Assembly (NCBI GenBank): GCA_965205505.1
Contig: CBDBHB010000006.1
Span: 128,001-192,000 of the forward strand
Direction of reading: 5' to 3'
Length of the DNA: 64,000 nucleotides
From: Acidobacteriota bacterium
Lineage (GTDB): Bacteria > Acidobacteriota > UBA890 > WLXD01
Below are positions 42,595 through 52,493 of the stretch, piece by piece. A program made the translations under genes and the position numbers. Positions within the stretch are counted from its first letter, which is position 1. Every line of letters begins with the position of its first letter. The notes beneath the pieces are model-generated. The model saw only the letters and a list, made by a program, of their open reading frames with translations, was not told the origin of the DNA and did no database searches.

Positions 42595-43229
42595 ACGAAC
42601 AACCTGTCAGCTACAAAAAGAAACTCGATTCGTACCTTTCCGCGCTCGAGACGGAGCTCATGCCCCTACCTGCCTCGGATCGCGTGGAAATCCTCGCCGA
42701 GACACGCAGTCATTTTCTGGAGCGACTCCGACCGTCGGACGACATTGCGACGTTCGACCGGGTTGCCGCGCAGTTGGGGAGACCTGCCGAGTACGCGCGC
42801 CGCTTCCGCGACAACTACGAGATCAACCTGGCATTGGCCAGCGGCTCGGTGCTGTTGATGCTCCGCAAGGCGGCGTCCCTGGTGGGCCGCGGCGTGGTGG
42901 CCTTCTTCGGCTTTCTGAGCTTCGCGGTCCTCGCGGGGTTGAGCGTCACGTTCGTCGTGCTGGCGGCGCTCAAACCGCTGTTTCCAGACAACATCGGGCT
43001 GTGGACCTTTGCCGACGAGTTTCATCTGAACTTCTCGTATATCGAGCCGGGTCCGCGCGACATCGAGCTGCTGGGCTGGTGGTTCATCCCTGTCACGCTG
43101 CTGCTAGCGCTGCTGATGTACGTGGCTCTGCGAACGCTATTGCCGCGGTTCTTGCGCTTCCTACGGCCAGAATCGGGTCCAAGAGACGGAGAGCTCTCAC
43201 TCCCGATCCAGGAGAAAGCCGATGGATAG
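42591..43229 (+). CDS. HAAS/DUF1700-like membrane sensor
   Basis: YL..L...L..LP..DR.EIL.E..SH...LG.P pattern followed by TM segments. Confidence 0.75.
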   Translation: MNEQPVSYKKKLDSYLSALETELMPLPASDRVEILAETRSHFLERLRPSDDIATFDRVAAQLGRPAEYARRFRDNYEINLALASGSVLLMLRKAASLVGRGVVAFFGFLSFAVLAGLSVTFVVLAALKPLFPDNIGLWTFADEFHLNFSYIEPGPRDIELLGWWFIPVTLLLALLMYVALRTLLPRFLRFLRPESGPRDGELSLPIQEKADG

Positions 43230-45774
43230 TCTCTGGCAGGATTTTCGCTACGCGACCCGCATGCTGACGAAGAACCCGGGATTCACGACCATCGCGGTGC
43301 TGGTGCTCGCGCTCGGAATCGGCGCCAACGCGGCCACCTTCATGCTGACCAACTCGCTGCTGCTGCGGCCGATCCACGCGGACAACGCGAACGAGCTCGT
43401 GGCGCTTTACAGCAAGCACACGACGCGGCCCAACTCCTATCGGCCGTTTTCGTATCCGAACTTCGAGGACATCCGCGAGCTCAACACCACGTTCACGAGC
43501 GTCATGGCCCAGGATATGACGCTGGTCGGCTTGGCCGATGGCGACGTGACGCGCCGTGTCTTCGCCCAGTTCGCCTCCCACGACTACTTCAAGACCTTCG
43601 GCGTGAACGCCTTTCGCGGCCGTTTTTTCGCTCCGGCCGAAGAGGTGCCCGGCAGTGGCACTCCCGTGGTCGTCGTGAGCTACCAGTATTGGATCAAGGC
43701 CGGCTCGGATCCGGAACTGGTAGGCAAGACGCCGACGGTGAACGGTCAGGCGCTCACCATCGTCGGCATCGCCCCGCGCTACTTCACCGGGCGCATTGCG
43801 ATCATGTCGCCGGGGCTCTACCTGCCTTTCGGCATGCACCACTTGCTAACGAGCGACATGTTCACCGAGAGTGATCGCTTGCTCGGCGACCGCGACAATC
43901 ACCGGCTGTTCCTGGTCGGGCGCCTGCAGCCGGGCCTGACGATCGAGGAAGCCGACGCGCAGCTGGGCACGCTTGCGGCGCATATGGAAGAGACATTCCC
44001 GGCGATCAATGAGGACCAGACGATAGTCGTCGGGCCGCTCGCCCGGCTCTCGATCAGCACCTCACCGCCTGACGAGGTCCAGCTAACGCTCCTGGCGGTC
44101 GTGCTGCTGGCAATGACCGGCATCGTCCTGCTCATCGCCTGCGTCAACCTGGCCAACATGCTGCTCGCCCGTGGCGCGGCGCGGCGCAGGGAGTTCGCCA
44201 TCCGCGCCGCGATCGGCGGCGGGCGTGGGCGGATCATGCGTCAACTGCTGACCGAGGGGCTGGTTCTGTCGGCTCTCGGCGGGACTGCCGGCCTCGTGGT
44301 GGCGTACTGGGTCAACAGCCTGCTCGGCACCTCGATCAACCAGCTCATGGTGATGAACGGCCTGGCGATGGACCTCGTCCTGCGCTCGGCTCCCGACGCG
44401 CGCATCCTGCTGGCGACGGCCGCCTTCTGCATGCTCGGCACCCTGCTGTTCGGGTTCGGCCCGGCCTGGAAACAGTCGCGACCGGACGTCATGCAGGACC
44501 TCAAGAAGCAAACCGGGGAGGCGACTGGCAACGGCAAGCGGCGGGGCCTATTTGCGCCGCGCAACCTGCTGGTAGTCACCCAGCTGGCGCTGTCGATGGT
44601 TCTGCTGACCTCCGCCGGCTTGTTCATCCGTGGCTCCCTCGAAGCAGCGGCGGTCGATCCGGGGTTCAGCCGCGACAACGGGATTCTCGTCGAGGTCGAT
44701 CCCAGCCTCGTGGGCTATGACGATGCGCGCAGCAAGGAACTGTACCGAGCCCTCCACGAGCGCTTCACCAGCATTCCGGGGATCGAGTCGGCGAGTGTGG
44801 CGGCAACGGTGCCCTTCGGCACGGTCTCCTCGGGCCAACGCGTGCGACGGGCCGAGGATCTGCCGGGGTCTGATAGCGACGGTATCGACGAGATCGAGAC
44901 GGTCGGGGCAACCTCGAACATCATTGGCGCTGACTATTTCGATGCGCTCGGCGTGCCGGTCACACGCGGGCGCAGCTTCACGCGCAAGGAGACCGAGTCC
45001 GATAGTGGGCCGAAGGTGGCCGTCGTCGATGAGCTGCTGGCGGCGCGGCTGTGGCCTGACGAGAATCCCATCGGTCGTCAGATCGGCTTCGGCCGCGAGC
45101 GCAGTGCCCGCGGCGACGACTTGGAGGTGGTCGGGGTGGTGGCGACAATGCGCGATGATCTCTTTCCCGCCGAGCCCAGGCCACACGTCTATGTCCCGTT
45201 CGGCCAGGACTTCCAGGCAGGCATGAACATCCACCTGCGCACGTCGGCAACGGACGCCGAATCGCTTGCCCTGATGCTGCAGGCGGTGCGACGCGAGATC
45301 CGGGCCGTCGACGATCAGCTACCGATCATGAACCTCAAGACGCTGAAGGGACACATTCGTGAGAGCGCCAGCCTGTGGCTGGTCCGACTCGGGGCCAGCA
45401 TCTTCAGCACCTTCGGCGTCCTCGCCCTGTTCCTGGCCGTCGTCGGTGTCTACGGGGTCAAGGCCTACACGGTGGCGCAACGAACGCGCGAGATCGGCAT
45501 CCGCAAGGCGCTCGGCGCAACATCAGGAGACACCCTGTGGCTGATCGTGCGCGAGGGCTTGATCCTGACAGCCGCGGGCCTAGTGCTCGGAATCGTTCTG
45601 GCCGCCGGCGTGGCTCGACTCCTGAGCAGCATGCTGTACGAGGTGAGCGCCCTCGACCCGCTGGCCTTTCTCGTGGCCCCCGCGATCCTGGCGGCCGCGT
45701 CGCTGGTTGCCATCTACCTGCCGGCAAGGCGAGCGGCAGGCGTTGCCCCGATCAGGGCGCTGCGGCACGAATGA
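43222..45774 (+). CDS. ADOP-family duplicated ABC permease
   Basis: QDFRYATRML.KNPGF, LLIACVNLANMLLAR and REIGIRKALGA motifs. Confidence 0.93.
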   Translation: MDSLWQDFRYATRMLTKNPGFTTIAVLVLALGIGANAATFMLTNSLLLRPIHADNANELVALYSKHTTRPNSYRPFSYPNFEDIRELNTTFTSVMAQDMTLVGLADGDVTRRVFAQFASHDYFKTFGVNAFRGRFFAPAEEVPGSGTPVVVVSYQYWIKAGSDPELVGKTPTVNGQALTIVGIAPRYFTGRIAIMSPGLYLPFGMHHLLTSDMFTESDRLLGDRDNHRLFLVGRLQPGLTIEEADAQLGTLAAHMEETFPAINEDQTIVVGPLARLSISTSPPDEVQLTLLAVVLLAMTGIVLLIACVNLANMLLARGAARRREFAIRAAIGGGRGRIMRQLLTEGLVLSALGGTAGLVVAYWVNSLLGTSINQLMVMNGLAMDLVLRSAPDARILLATAAFCMLGTLLFGFGPAWKQSRPDVMQDLKKQTGEATGNGKRRGLFAPRNLLVVTQLALSMVLLTSAGLFIRGSLEAAAVDPGFSRDNGILVEVDPSLVGYDDARSKELYRALHERFTSIPGIESASVAATVPFGTVSSGQRVRRAEDLPGSDSDGIDEIETVGATSNIIGADYFDALGVPVTRGRSFTRKETESDSGPKVAVVDELLAARLWPDENPIGRQIGFGRERSARGDDLEVVGVVATMRDDLFPAEPRPHVYVPFGQDFQAGMNIHLRTSATDAESLALMLQAVRREIRAVDDQLPIMNLKTLKGHIRESASLWLVRLGASIFSTFGVLALFLAVVGVYGVKAYTVAQRTREIGIRKALGATSGDTLWLIVREGLILTAAGLVLGIVLAAGVARLLSSMLYEVSALDPLAFLVAPAILAAASLVAIYLPARRAAGVAPIRALRHE

Positions 45775-45814
45775 GACCGAACTTGGCGCCGAGCCACGCC
45801 GGGTTTTTGGTCTC
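45773..45814 (+). terminator. Hairpin after the ADOP gene
   Basis: GAGACCGAACTTGGCG ... CGCCGGGTTTTTGGTCTC. Confidence 0.45.
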
Positions 45815-45875
45815 GTCCTTCGGAGCACAGTACGGATGGTACTCAGGTGGCCAGCCTCGACGAGGTCGAGAGGAG

Positions 45876-46004
45876 GTACTGTCAAGTTAAGCTGATTATT
45901 GCCCGCTTAGGCGCCTCGCCCAGACCGCAAAGGCCCGAATACCAGGGGTGTCCTGTCGTACGGGTCACGCGTTTCTTGCCGATTTCGAGTTAACTTGACA
46001 GTAC
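45876..46004. mobile_element. MITE family B copy 3 (129 bp, perfect 15-bp TIR)
   Basis: GTACTGTCAAGTTAA ... TTAACTTGACAGTAC. Confidence 0.9.
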
Positions 46005-46146
46005 CCTTTCAGTTGCTCGCCCACACGTCCGCATGCCGTTGTGATAGCGGTGGCGCCGACAGCGACACCGGTGCGAGCGGCCCAGCGCTGTCGTCCACGA
46101 ACCGGGGCGGGTACAGTGCGATGAGCCTGTTTCGGTCCCCTGAATC

Positions 46147-47757
46147 ATGAGGCCCATGCGTAAACCAACCGCCGTTGTCGCCGCTATCGTGGTCGTCGTC
46201 AGCCTGTCGCCCCTTTCCAGCGCTGTTTCAATCGCTGCCGACGATGCGATGCAGGCGCGGATCCTGGCCGAGGGAATGGACCGCTCGGAGATCATGCGTA
46301 CGCTGCATTTCCTCACCGATCGGTACGGTCCGCGGCTGACCGGGTCGCCGAATCTACGTCTCGCCGGCGAGTGGGCCGTGCGGCAGATGGTGTCGTGGGG
46401 ACTGACCAACGGTCACCTGGAACCGTTCGATTTCGGACGCCCCGGGTGGGCGACGGAACGGCACTCCGTGTTCCTCGTATCGCCGGTCCAGGACACCCTC
46501 GTGGCCGAGGTGCTGGCGTGGACGCCGAGCACCAAAGGCACCGTGCGGACCAGCGTGGTTCACATGGAGCCGGCCGCCGCGGAACAGCCGACCGCCGAGG
46601 AGCTCGATGAGCACCTGGCCGGGTACGCTCAACAGGTTCGCGGGCGCATCGTGCTGGTTGGGGCTCCGGCGGCCCTCGGGGTGGAGTTCGACCCGGCGCT
46701 CAAGCGTCGTGCCGACGACGAGGTCCAGCGCAGGGTGGACCCCACCATCCCGCCCGAGGAGCGGCGGGGCTTGCCGCGTCGCGAGCCACCTGAGCGTCCC
46801 GAAGGCGCTTTGTCGACACGCGAGGTCAGTGCACGGATCGACGAGTTTCTGGTCGAGAACGGCGCCGCGGTGCGTATCAACGACGCAGGTCGCCGGCACG
46901 GCCAGATCCGCGCTTTCAGCAATCGCACCTATGACGCCGACAAGGCAGTGCCGACTCTGGTGATGCGTAACGAGGACTACGGCCGCATCGTGCGCCTGGT
47001 CGCCGACGGCGACGAGGTGCAGCTCGAGGTGCAGATCATCAACCGCTGGTATCCCGAGGGCGCGACGTCATACAACGCGGTTGCCGAGATCCGTGGAACC
47101 GAGATGCCGGATGAAGTGGTGATGCTCGGCGGCCACCTCGATTCGTGGCACTCGGCCACGGGCGCTACCGACAACGCTACGGGCTGCTCCATCATGCTGG
47201 AAGCGGCGCGGATTCTAGCGGCGCTCGACGTCGAGCCGCGACGCACGATACGAGTGGCCTTGTGGGGCGGCGAGGAACAGGGGCTGCTGGGCTCACAGGC
47301 CTACGTGGCGCAGCATTTCGGTTCCTTCGAGGAGCCCAAGCCCGGTTACGACAAGTTCGGCGGCTACTTGAACATCGATTCTGGCACCGGGCGGCCGCGC
47401 GGCGCCTCGGTGTTCGGCCCACCGGAGACCGGCGACATCCTGCGTGCGATCCTGGCGCCGCTCGCGGAGCTGGGAGTGGCGGGTGGGATCGATACCGCCA
47501 GCCGACGGCGCGGCGGCACCGACTCCACGTCGTTCAATGCTGCTGGGCTGCCCGGCATAGGTTTTTTCCAGGATCCGATCGAGTACGGTAGCCACACGTG
47601 GCACACCAACCTCGATACCTACGAGCGAGTCGTCGAAGACGACGTCAAGGCGGCGGCCGTTGTGATCGCCTCGACGGTCTACGAGCTGGCTATGCGCGAC
47701 GAGCTACTGCCGCGCTTCAGCGCGGAAGAGATGCCAGCGCCGGCGCCACCGCGTTAG
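46147..47757 (+). CDS. Exported M28 peptidase (carboxypeptidase Q-like)
   Basis: [28 protein letters not shown] and WHTNLDTY motifs. Confidence 0.92.
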   Translation: MRPMRKPTAVVAAIVVVVSLSPLSSAVSIAADDAMQARILAEGMDRSEIMRTLHFLTDRYGPRLTGSPNLRLAGEWAVRQMVSWGLTNGHLEPFDFGRPGWATERHSVFLVSPVQDTLVAEVLAWTPSTKGTVRTSVVHMEPAAAEQPTAEELDEHLAGYAQQVRGRIVLVGAPAALGVEFDPALKRRADDEVQRRVDPTIPPEERRGLPRREPPERPEGALSTREVSARIDEFLVENGAAVRINDAGRRHGQIRAFSNRTYDADKAVPTLVMRNEDYGRIVRLVADGDEVQLEVQIINRWYPEGATSYNAVAEIRGTEMPDEVVMLGGHLDSWHSATGATDNATGCSIMLEAARILAALDVEPRRTIRVALWGGEEQGLLGSQAYVAQHFGSFEEPKPGYDKFGGYLNIDSGTGRPRGASVFGPPETGDILRAILAPLAELGVAGGIDTASRRRGGTDSTSFNAAGLPGIGFFQDPIEYGSHTWHTNLDTYERVVEDDVKAAAVVIASTVYELAMRDELLPRFSAEEMPAPAPPR

Positions 47758-48060
47758 ACAATTCCCCCGGGAGTTCGGGGCGCAGGACAGCAATTCCCTG
47801 CCCGGCGACTCGGCGTGCACCCCCTGCAAAACGCGATTGCGGCCCACATCGCCTCAAAGACAGAAAGAAAAGACGCGGATAGTAAGCTGGATCTCCGAGA
47901 GAAAAATAACGCAAATCGTTAACCCATAGTAGTTTGACGGTTATTTCGTTTGTTTGACTCTTGTCTTAATCAGCGGACAAGTTCCATAGTGTTTTGCGTA
48001 TTGTTACCTATGTCTAATGGTAGTGGCGTTGTGGAGATATAGGAATTCGCAAATCGAGAG

Positions 48061-48808
48061 ACAAAAATAGTACACAAGAAGATCAACCACTCGGTTCCGA
48101 AGCCAGCCTACGTTTCTTTCAGGACGTTCTCGAACTTCCTGCGTCGATTCAAGGCCACTGACACGGGGCTTCCAGCCCAGATAGACCGTTCCGTTCTCGG
48201 TGGCATGTCGGGCTCCAATCAGAGCGCACTGCTCGGGGCGCTAGAGTTTCTTCGCCTGACAGACGCTTAACGGACATGTCACAGGGTGGCTGAAAGATCT
48301 CGTCGAAGCCGTCGACGACGAGAACGAGTGGAGAAAGTGCCTCGCACGTGTTTTCAACGAGGCCTACTCGCCGATTCTCGGGTCCGTTGACCTTGGTTCG
48401 GCCACTGGCAACATGGTGCGGGCTGCTTTTAAGGAGAACGGCGGGGTCGACGGCCATACGGCCACAAAGGCAATCGGGTTCTGTTTGAAACTCGCGAAAG
48501 AGTCCGCCATCACGGTCTCGCCGCACATCAAAGTGAGCCTACCGGGCCAGCCCAAGGTTACGCGGAAGAAGTCGAAGAAGACCTCACGCAAACCTCCTAG
48601 CAACAGCGACGAGGGAAAAGGGGCGAGCGATTCAAAGAAGCTCGTTCCACCGACACCCGAGGGACTTACATCAATCGTTGTCGCATATCCGGGAATCGGC
48701 GAGGGGATCGTCCAATTGCCCGCCGATTTCACTGAGGCGCACGTCGACTATGTTTCGGCGGTCTTGAAAGGCTACGTCACGCTCCGCGATGGCGGCGATG
48801 GGAATTGA
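48061..48808 (+). pseudogene. DUF5343-like protein, frameshift near 48266, start unclear
   Basis: PAYVSFRTF..PAQIDRSVLGGMSGSNQSALL.ALEFL.L, then the shifted frame continues into ORF 48413-48808; lower GC. Confidence 0.6.
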
Positions 48809-49059
48809 TGGCGATGGGCCGGACGCGAACCCGTTCAGTACAGACGGCAATAAGCTCGACAGTTGCTAGCCGGGGGGCCGATACCCTCCAGCCGGCTGGG
48901 GTCCAATCCCTGTCGGGGCGGGTTTCCAACGCCCGCGCGTCCGGCCATCGTTCGCCCTTTGAATCGATCTCACCCGTCCGTTCAATTGGACGGGAACTGA
49001 TCGACCAGCAGAATCCAAAGAATGCCACCGGCTCGCGGATAATGCCAGCTTGTCGAAGC

Positions 49060-51180
49060 TCAGTGAAATTCTCGCGGAATCGTCTCGTCCCAGGTCTTCT
49101 CACGCAGCAGCTCGCCGTTCTCGAAGAGCCTGCGCGTGTAGACGTAGTAGAAGTTCTCGAGGTCGGTGTGGAAATCGAGGACCGCCTCGAAGAGTAGCTC
49201 GCGATCGTCGACGAGGATCGTCCTCGAGTACTTGGTACGCACGGAAGTGTCGGCCGGATCGTGCTTGTTCGTCGAGTGGGTGATCTTCTGCGACGTATGG
49301 GCCTGCGCCCAGGGATACTGAGTTCCGCCGCTGTTCGTCGCCACCAGCGTCGCCTTTCCGGTCTCCTCGTCGTAGACGAGGCCCTCGACCTCCGCGTACC
49401 CGGATGTCGTCGGCTCGCCCTCGGCGGCGGCTAGGCGGCCGTAGCCTGGCAGCCGCGGTCCGCGCGCTGCCGGAGGCAGGAACTCAGGCGCCGGGCGATC
49501 CTCGTACGGGATCACCGGCAGAACCATGTGTGTAGCGCTCTCGCCGCCGAGACGAAGTGAAGTGGTCATCGCGTACGGCGTCGGCCAGAACATCGGCCAC
49601 TGGGAGTTGGTAACGGCGACGCGAATCCGGTGCCCGGGCTGGAAGACCCACGAGGTGAAGTGGAGCTCGATCTCGAACGCGTACTCGCGACCGGGCTCGA
49701 GCGCCTCCGGGGTTTGCGAGGAGTCTCGATGCGCGCCGTTGAACCCGGCGCCGGCGACCTGGGTCACCGAGCCTTCCGGAGCGATGTCGGACAGCCGCAC
49801 CACCCAACTCGCCAGCGGCGCATCGGCAGAGGCGTTCAGGAAGGCTCGCGGAAATCCGAGGATCTCGACTTCCTCGTCGAGCGGCGCGCTGTCGTAGACC
49901 AGGCTGGCGTCGTCCATCGGTTGCTGGTCAGGCGTGAGGTCACCCCACCACATCACCGGGCCGCCGCCCTCCATGCCGACCGTCGGGTCGTATTCGAGGG
50001 AGTGCGTGCCGGCGCGCGGGGCGCCCTCGCCGAGCGAGTTGTCCGCGCCAAGGAACATGTCGCGGTACTCGGTGCGCTCGAGCGGGAAGCTCTCCTCGAA
50101 GCGCCATTCTCCGGGGATCTCCTCCAACGACACGTCTGGTGGATACCAGTTGCGTACATAGACCGCGAACGCTGGCTCGTCCATGATCCCGGTGTCCTCG
50201 CCCTTGAGCCACTGGTCGTACCAGCGCACCGCCTCGTGGCGCCACTCCATCTGCGGTTTCGGATAGCCACTGTGCGGCAGCGAGTGGGCCCAGGGTCCCA
50301 CCATCGCCTTCACCGGCGCGTCCATATGCTCAAGCATGCGCGGCACGCTGTCGCGATACCCGTCGTACCAGCCCCCGATCACGAACGTGGGGATCTTGAT
50401 CGAGTCATATCGTGTGTTGAGTGAGGCGCGGTCCCAGAACGGCCCGTCCAGCTGCTGCGACTTGTAGATCAGCATCCACGGCCTGGTGTCGAAGCGGTTC
50501 TCGAAGTACGCATCGTCGATGATGTAGTCGGGCCCTGCCGGCACGGTGTTGGCCAGATCCTGGCCGGCCTCGTAGGCGTCGATGTAAGCGATGCCGTCCA
50601 TGTAGTGGACGTCGTCTTCGTACAGATCGTCGGTGGCCTCGATGGCGATGATCGCCTTGAGCGCCGGCGGGTTGCGCATTGCCATGTGGATGGAGTTGAA
50701 GCCGCCCCAAGAGATGCCGAACATGCCGACGTTGCCGTTGGAAAACGGCTGCTTGGAGAGCCAGTCGATGACGACCTCGCCGTCCTCCTGCTCCTGATCG
50801 GTGTACTCGTACTCGATCAGCTTGCCCTCGCTGTTGCCGCTGCCGCGGATGTCGACCCGTGCGACGACGTAGCCGTGCTCGAGGAAGTAGGAGTACATCG
50901 AGTAGTTGCGCGATCGCGATTCGTTCTTTCGATAGGGGAGGTACTCCAGCAGCACCGGGTACGTTGCTTCGGCGTTGGTGTCCTCGGGAACCCAGAGGTC
51001 GGCGGCTAGCCGTACGCCGTCAGGCATTGGGATCCACGCCTCGCGAAACTCGATCCCGTCGTCGGCCAGCGAGCCGTCGAGGTCGGAGCTGCCCGACGAG
51101 CTTGGCGCGCAAGCCGTCGAGACAATGACTACGGAGGCGAGCAGGAGCGGAACGCCTCGGCCGATGACAGGTGCTTTCAC
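49060..51180 (-). CDS. CocE/NonD-family hydrolase, lipoprotein
   Basis: PDGVRLAADL, YLPYRK, GISWGG, GGWYD and GPWAH motifs. Confidence 0.93.
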   Translation of the reverse strand: MKAPVIGRGVPLLLASVVIVSTACAPSSSGSSDLDGSLADDGIEFREAWIPMPDGVRLAADLWVPEDTNAEATYPVLLEYLPYRKNESRSRNYSMYSYFLEHGYVVARVDIRGSGNSEGKLIEYEYTDQEQEDGEVVIDWLSKQPFSNGNVGMFGISWGGFNSIHMAMRNPPALKAIIAIEATDDLYEDDVHYMDGIAYIDAYEAGQDLANTVPAGPDYIIDDAYFENRFDTRPWMLIYKSQQLDGPFWDRASLNTRYDSIKIPTFVIGGWYDGYRDSVPRMLEHMDAPVKAMVGPWAHSLPHSGYPKPQMEWRHEAVRWYDQWLKGEDTGIMDEPAFAVYVRNWYPPDVSLEEIPGEWRFEESFPLERTEYRDMFLGADNSLGEGAPRAGTHSLEYDPTVGMEGGGPVMWWGDLTPDQQPMDDASLVYDSAPLDEEVEILGFPRAFLNASADAPLASWVVRLSDIAPEGSVTQVAGAGFNGAHRDSSQTPEALEPGREYAFEIELHFTSWVFQPGHRIRVAVTNSQWPMFWPTPYAMTTSLRLGGESATHMVLPVIPYEDRPAPEFLPPAARGPRLPGYGRLAAAEGEPTTSGYAEVEGLVYDEETGKATLVATNSGGTQYPWAQAHTSQKITHSTNKHDPADTSVRTKYSRTILVDDRELLFEAVLDFHTDLENFYYVYTRRLFENGELLREKTWDETIPREFH

Positions 51181-52493
51181 TGTTGATCTCCCCTGGGACG
51201 CGGCCTTCCGCTATAGCGTTCGTATAGCCGGTCGTGCTTGTTGTCTCTGGGATCGACGGGCAGCCCAGCGATCACGAGGTGTTCGATCTGTGTGGTGGTC
51301 TCGAGCGGATCGCCATCGCTGATGAACAGGTTGGCGAGCTTGCCGACCTCGATGGTTCCCAGCTGGTCGTCGACGCCGAGGATCTCGGCCGGATTAACCG
51401 TGATCGCGCGTAGCGCATCGTGATGCGAGAGTCCGAACGGGACCGCTTGGGCGGCCTCGTACGGGAGCGTTCGCGCAGCCGATGCGTTGAACGTCGAGAT
51501 AGCGAACCTCACCCCCGCCGAGTGCAACTTCGCCGGCGCGGTGAAGGGTGCATCATAAGGGTCGTCGTCGTTCGTCGGCAGCGCTTGCGTCGGACCGAGA
51601 ATCACCGGCACATCTTTCTCCGCAAGCATCTCTGCAACTTTCCAGGCTTCGCTTCCACCAGCGATGATGATCCGCACATCGTTGCGCTCAGCGAAATCAA
51701 CCGCGTCGCCGATGCCGCGTTCGGTATCGACGTTGACCAGCATCGGCATGTCGCCGCCGGTTACCCAGGCGAGCGCCTCGAGTTTCAGGCTGCGTCGCGT
51801 CGGGTCGTCGCCGACGTCGGCCTCGGCGTATCGGCGCGCGTCGGCGAGCAGTGCCTCGAGATCGGCGATTGACTCGTCGTACAGCTCCTTCGCCTCCTGG
51901 TAGGTTCGGTTGATGCGAGTACGGGTGGCGCGGTCGAAGCTACGTGTCTGGACGGTTGGCCATTGCACCGCCATGTATACGCCGCCCTCGATCAACATCT
52001 CTTCAATCGTCCAGCCGTCCAGATGAATCAACGAGCCCTGCCCGGCGATCCCCGGGCCCTGCGGGGCGGCAACCGCATGGGTGAGGCCGTTCGAGCGGCT
52101 CACTGGCAGAATCTCGCTGGCGGGATGCACGGCCGTCGCTCCCCGGAGTTGCGGGTTGTTCTCGCCCAGCTCGCGAAAGTCCGATGTAACCGCCACCGCG
52201 CCGATCTCCGTAAGCCCCAAGCGCGTCACCGCGTCGAACAAGCCAGGAAATACCTGCAGGTCGCTGACGTCGATCACCTGGGCGCCGGAGGGGATCATGG
52301 TGTCGGGGCCGCCGACAGCAGTGATATGGCCATTCCGAATCACTACGATGCCGTTGTCGATGGCGTTCTCGTCCACCATCGTGTGGACGCGGCCGCCGCG
52401 GATCACCAGAGTTTCTTGTTGCGCGGACGCCGCCGAGCCGACTAGCACGAGGGCGGCCGCGGCCAAAGCGGACCTCATTGTTCTCATCTTCAT
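51177..52493 (-). CDS. Exported amidohydrolase-fold protein with degenerate metal site
   Basis: PGLFDAVTRLG in place of HxH; GTIEVGKLANL. Confidence 0.85.
   Translation of the reverse strand: MKMRTMRSALAAAALVLVGSAASAQQETLVIRGGRVHTMVDENAIDNGIVVIRNGHITAVGGPDTMIPSGAQVIDVSDLQVFPGLFDAVTRLGLTEIGAVAVTSDFRELGENNPQLRGATAVHPASEILPVSRSNGLTHAVAAPQGPGIAGQGSLIHLDGWTIEEMLIEGGVYMAVQWPTVQTRSFDRATRTRINRTYQEAKELYDESIADLEALLADARRYAEADVGDDPTRRSLKLEALAWVTGGDMPMLVNVDTERGIGDAVDFAERNDVRIIIAGGSEAWKVAEMLAEKDVPVILGPTQALPTNDDDPYDAPFTAPAKLHSAGVRFAISTFNASAARTLPYEAAQAVPFGLSHHDALRAITVNPAEILGVDDQLGTIEVGKLANLFISDGDPLETTTQIEHLVIAGLPVDPRDNKHDRLYERYSGRPRPRGDQQ

Noticed and set aside
37611-46030. Hybrid promoters formed by the MITE-B TTGACA
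   Set aside because: No acceptable -10 at about 17 bp downstream in any of the three copies.
48912-48938. REP-like GGGGCGGGTTTCCAACGCCCGC
   Set aside because: Single degenerate copy with no RAYT gene in the window.
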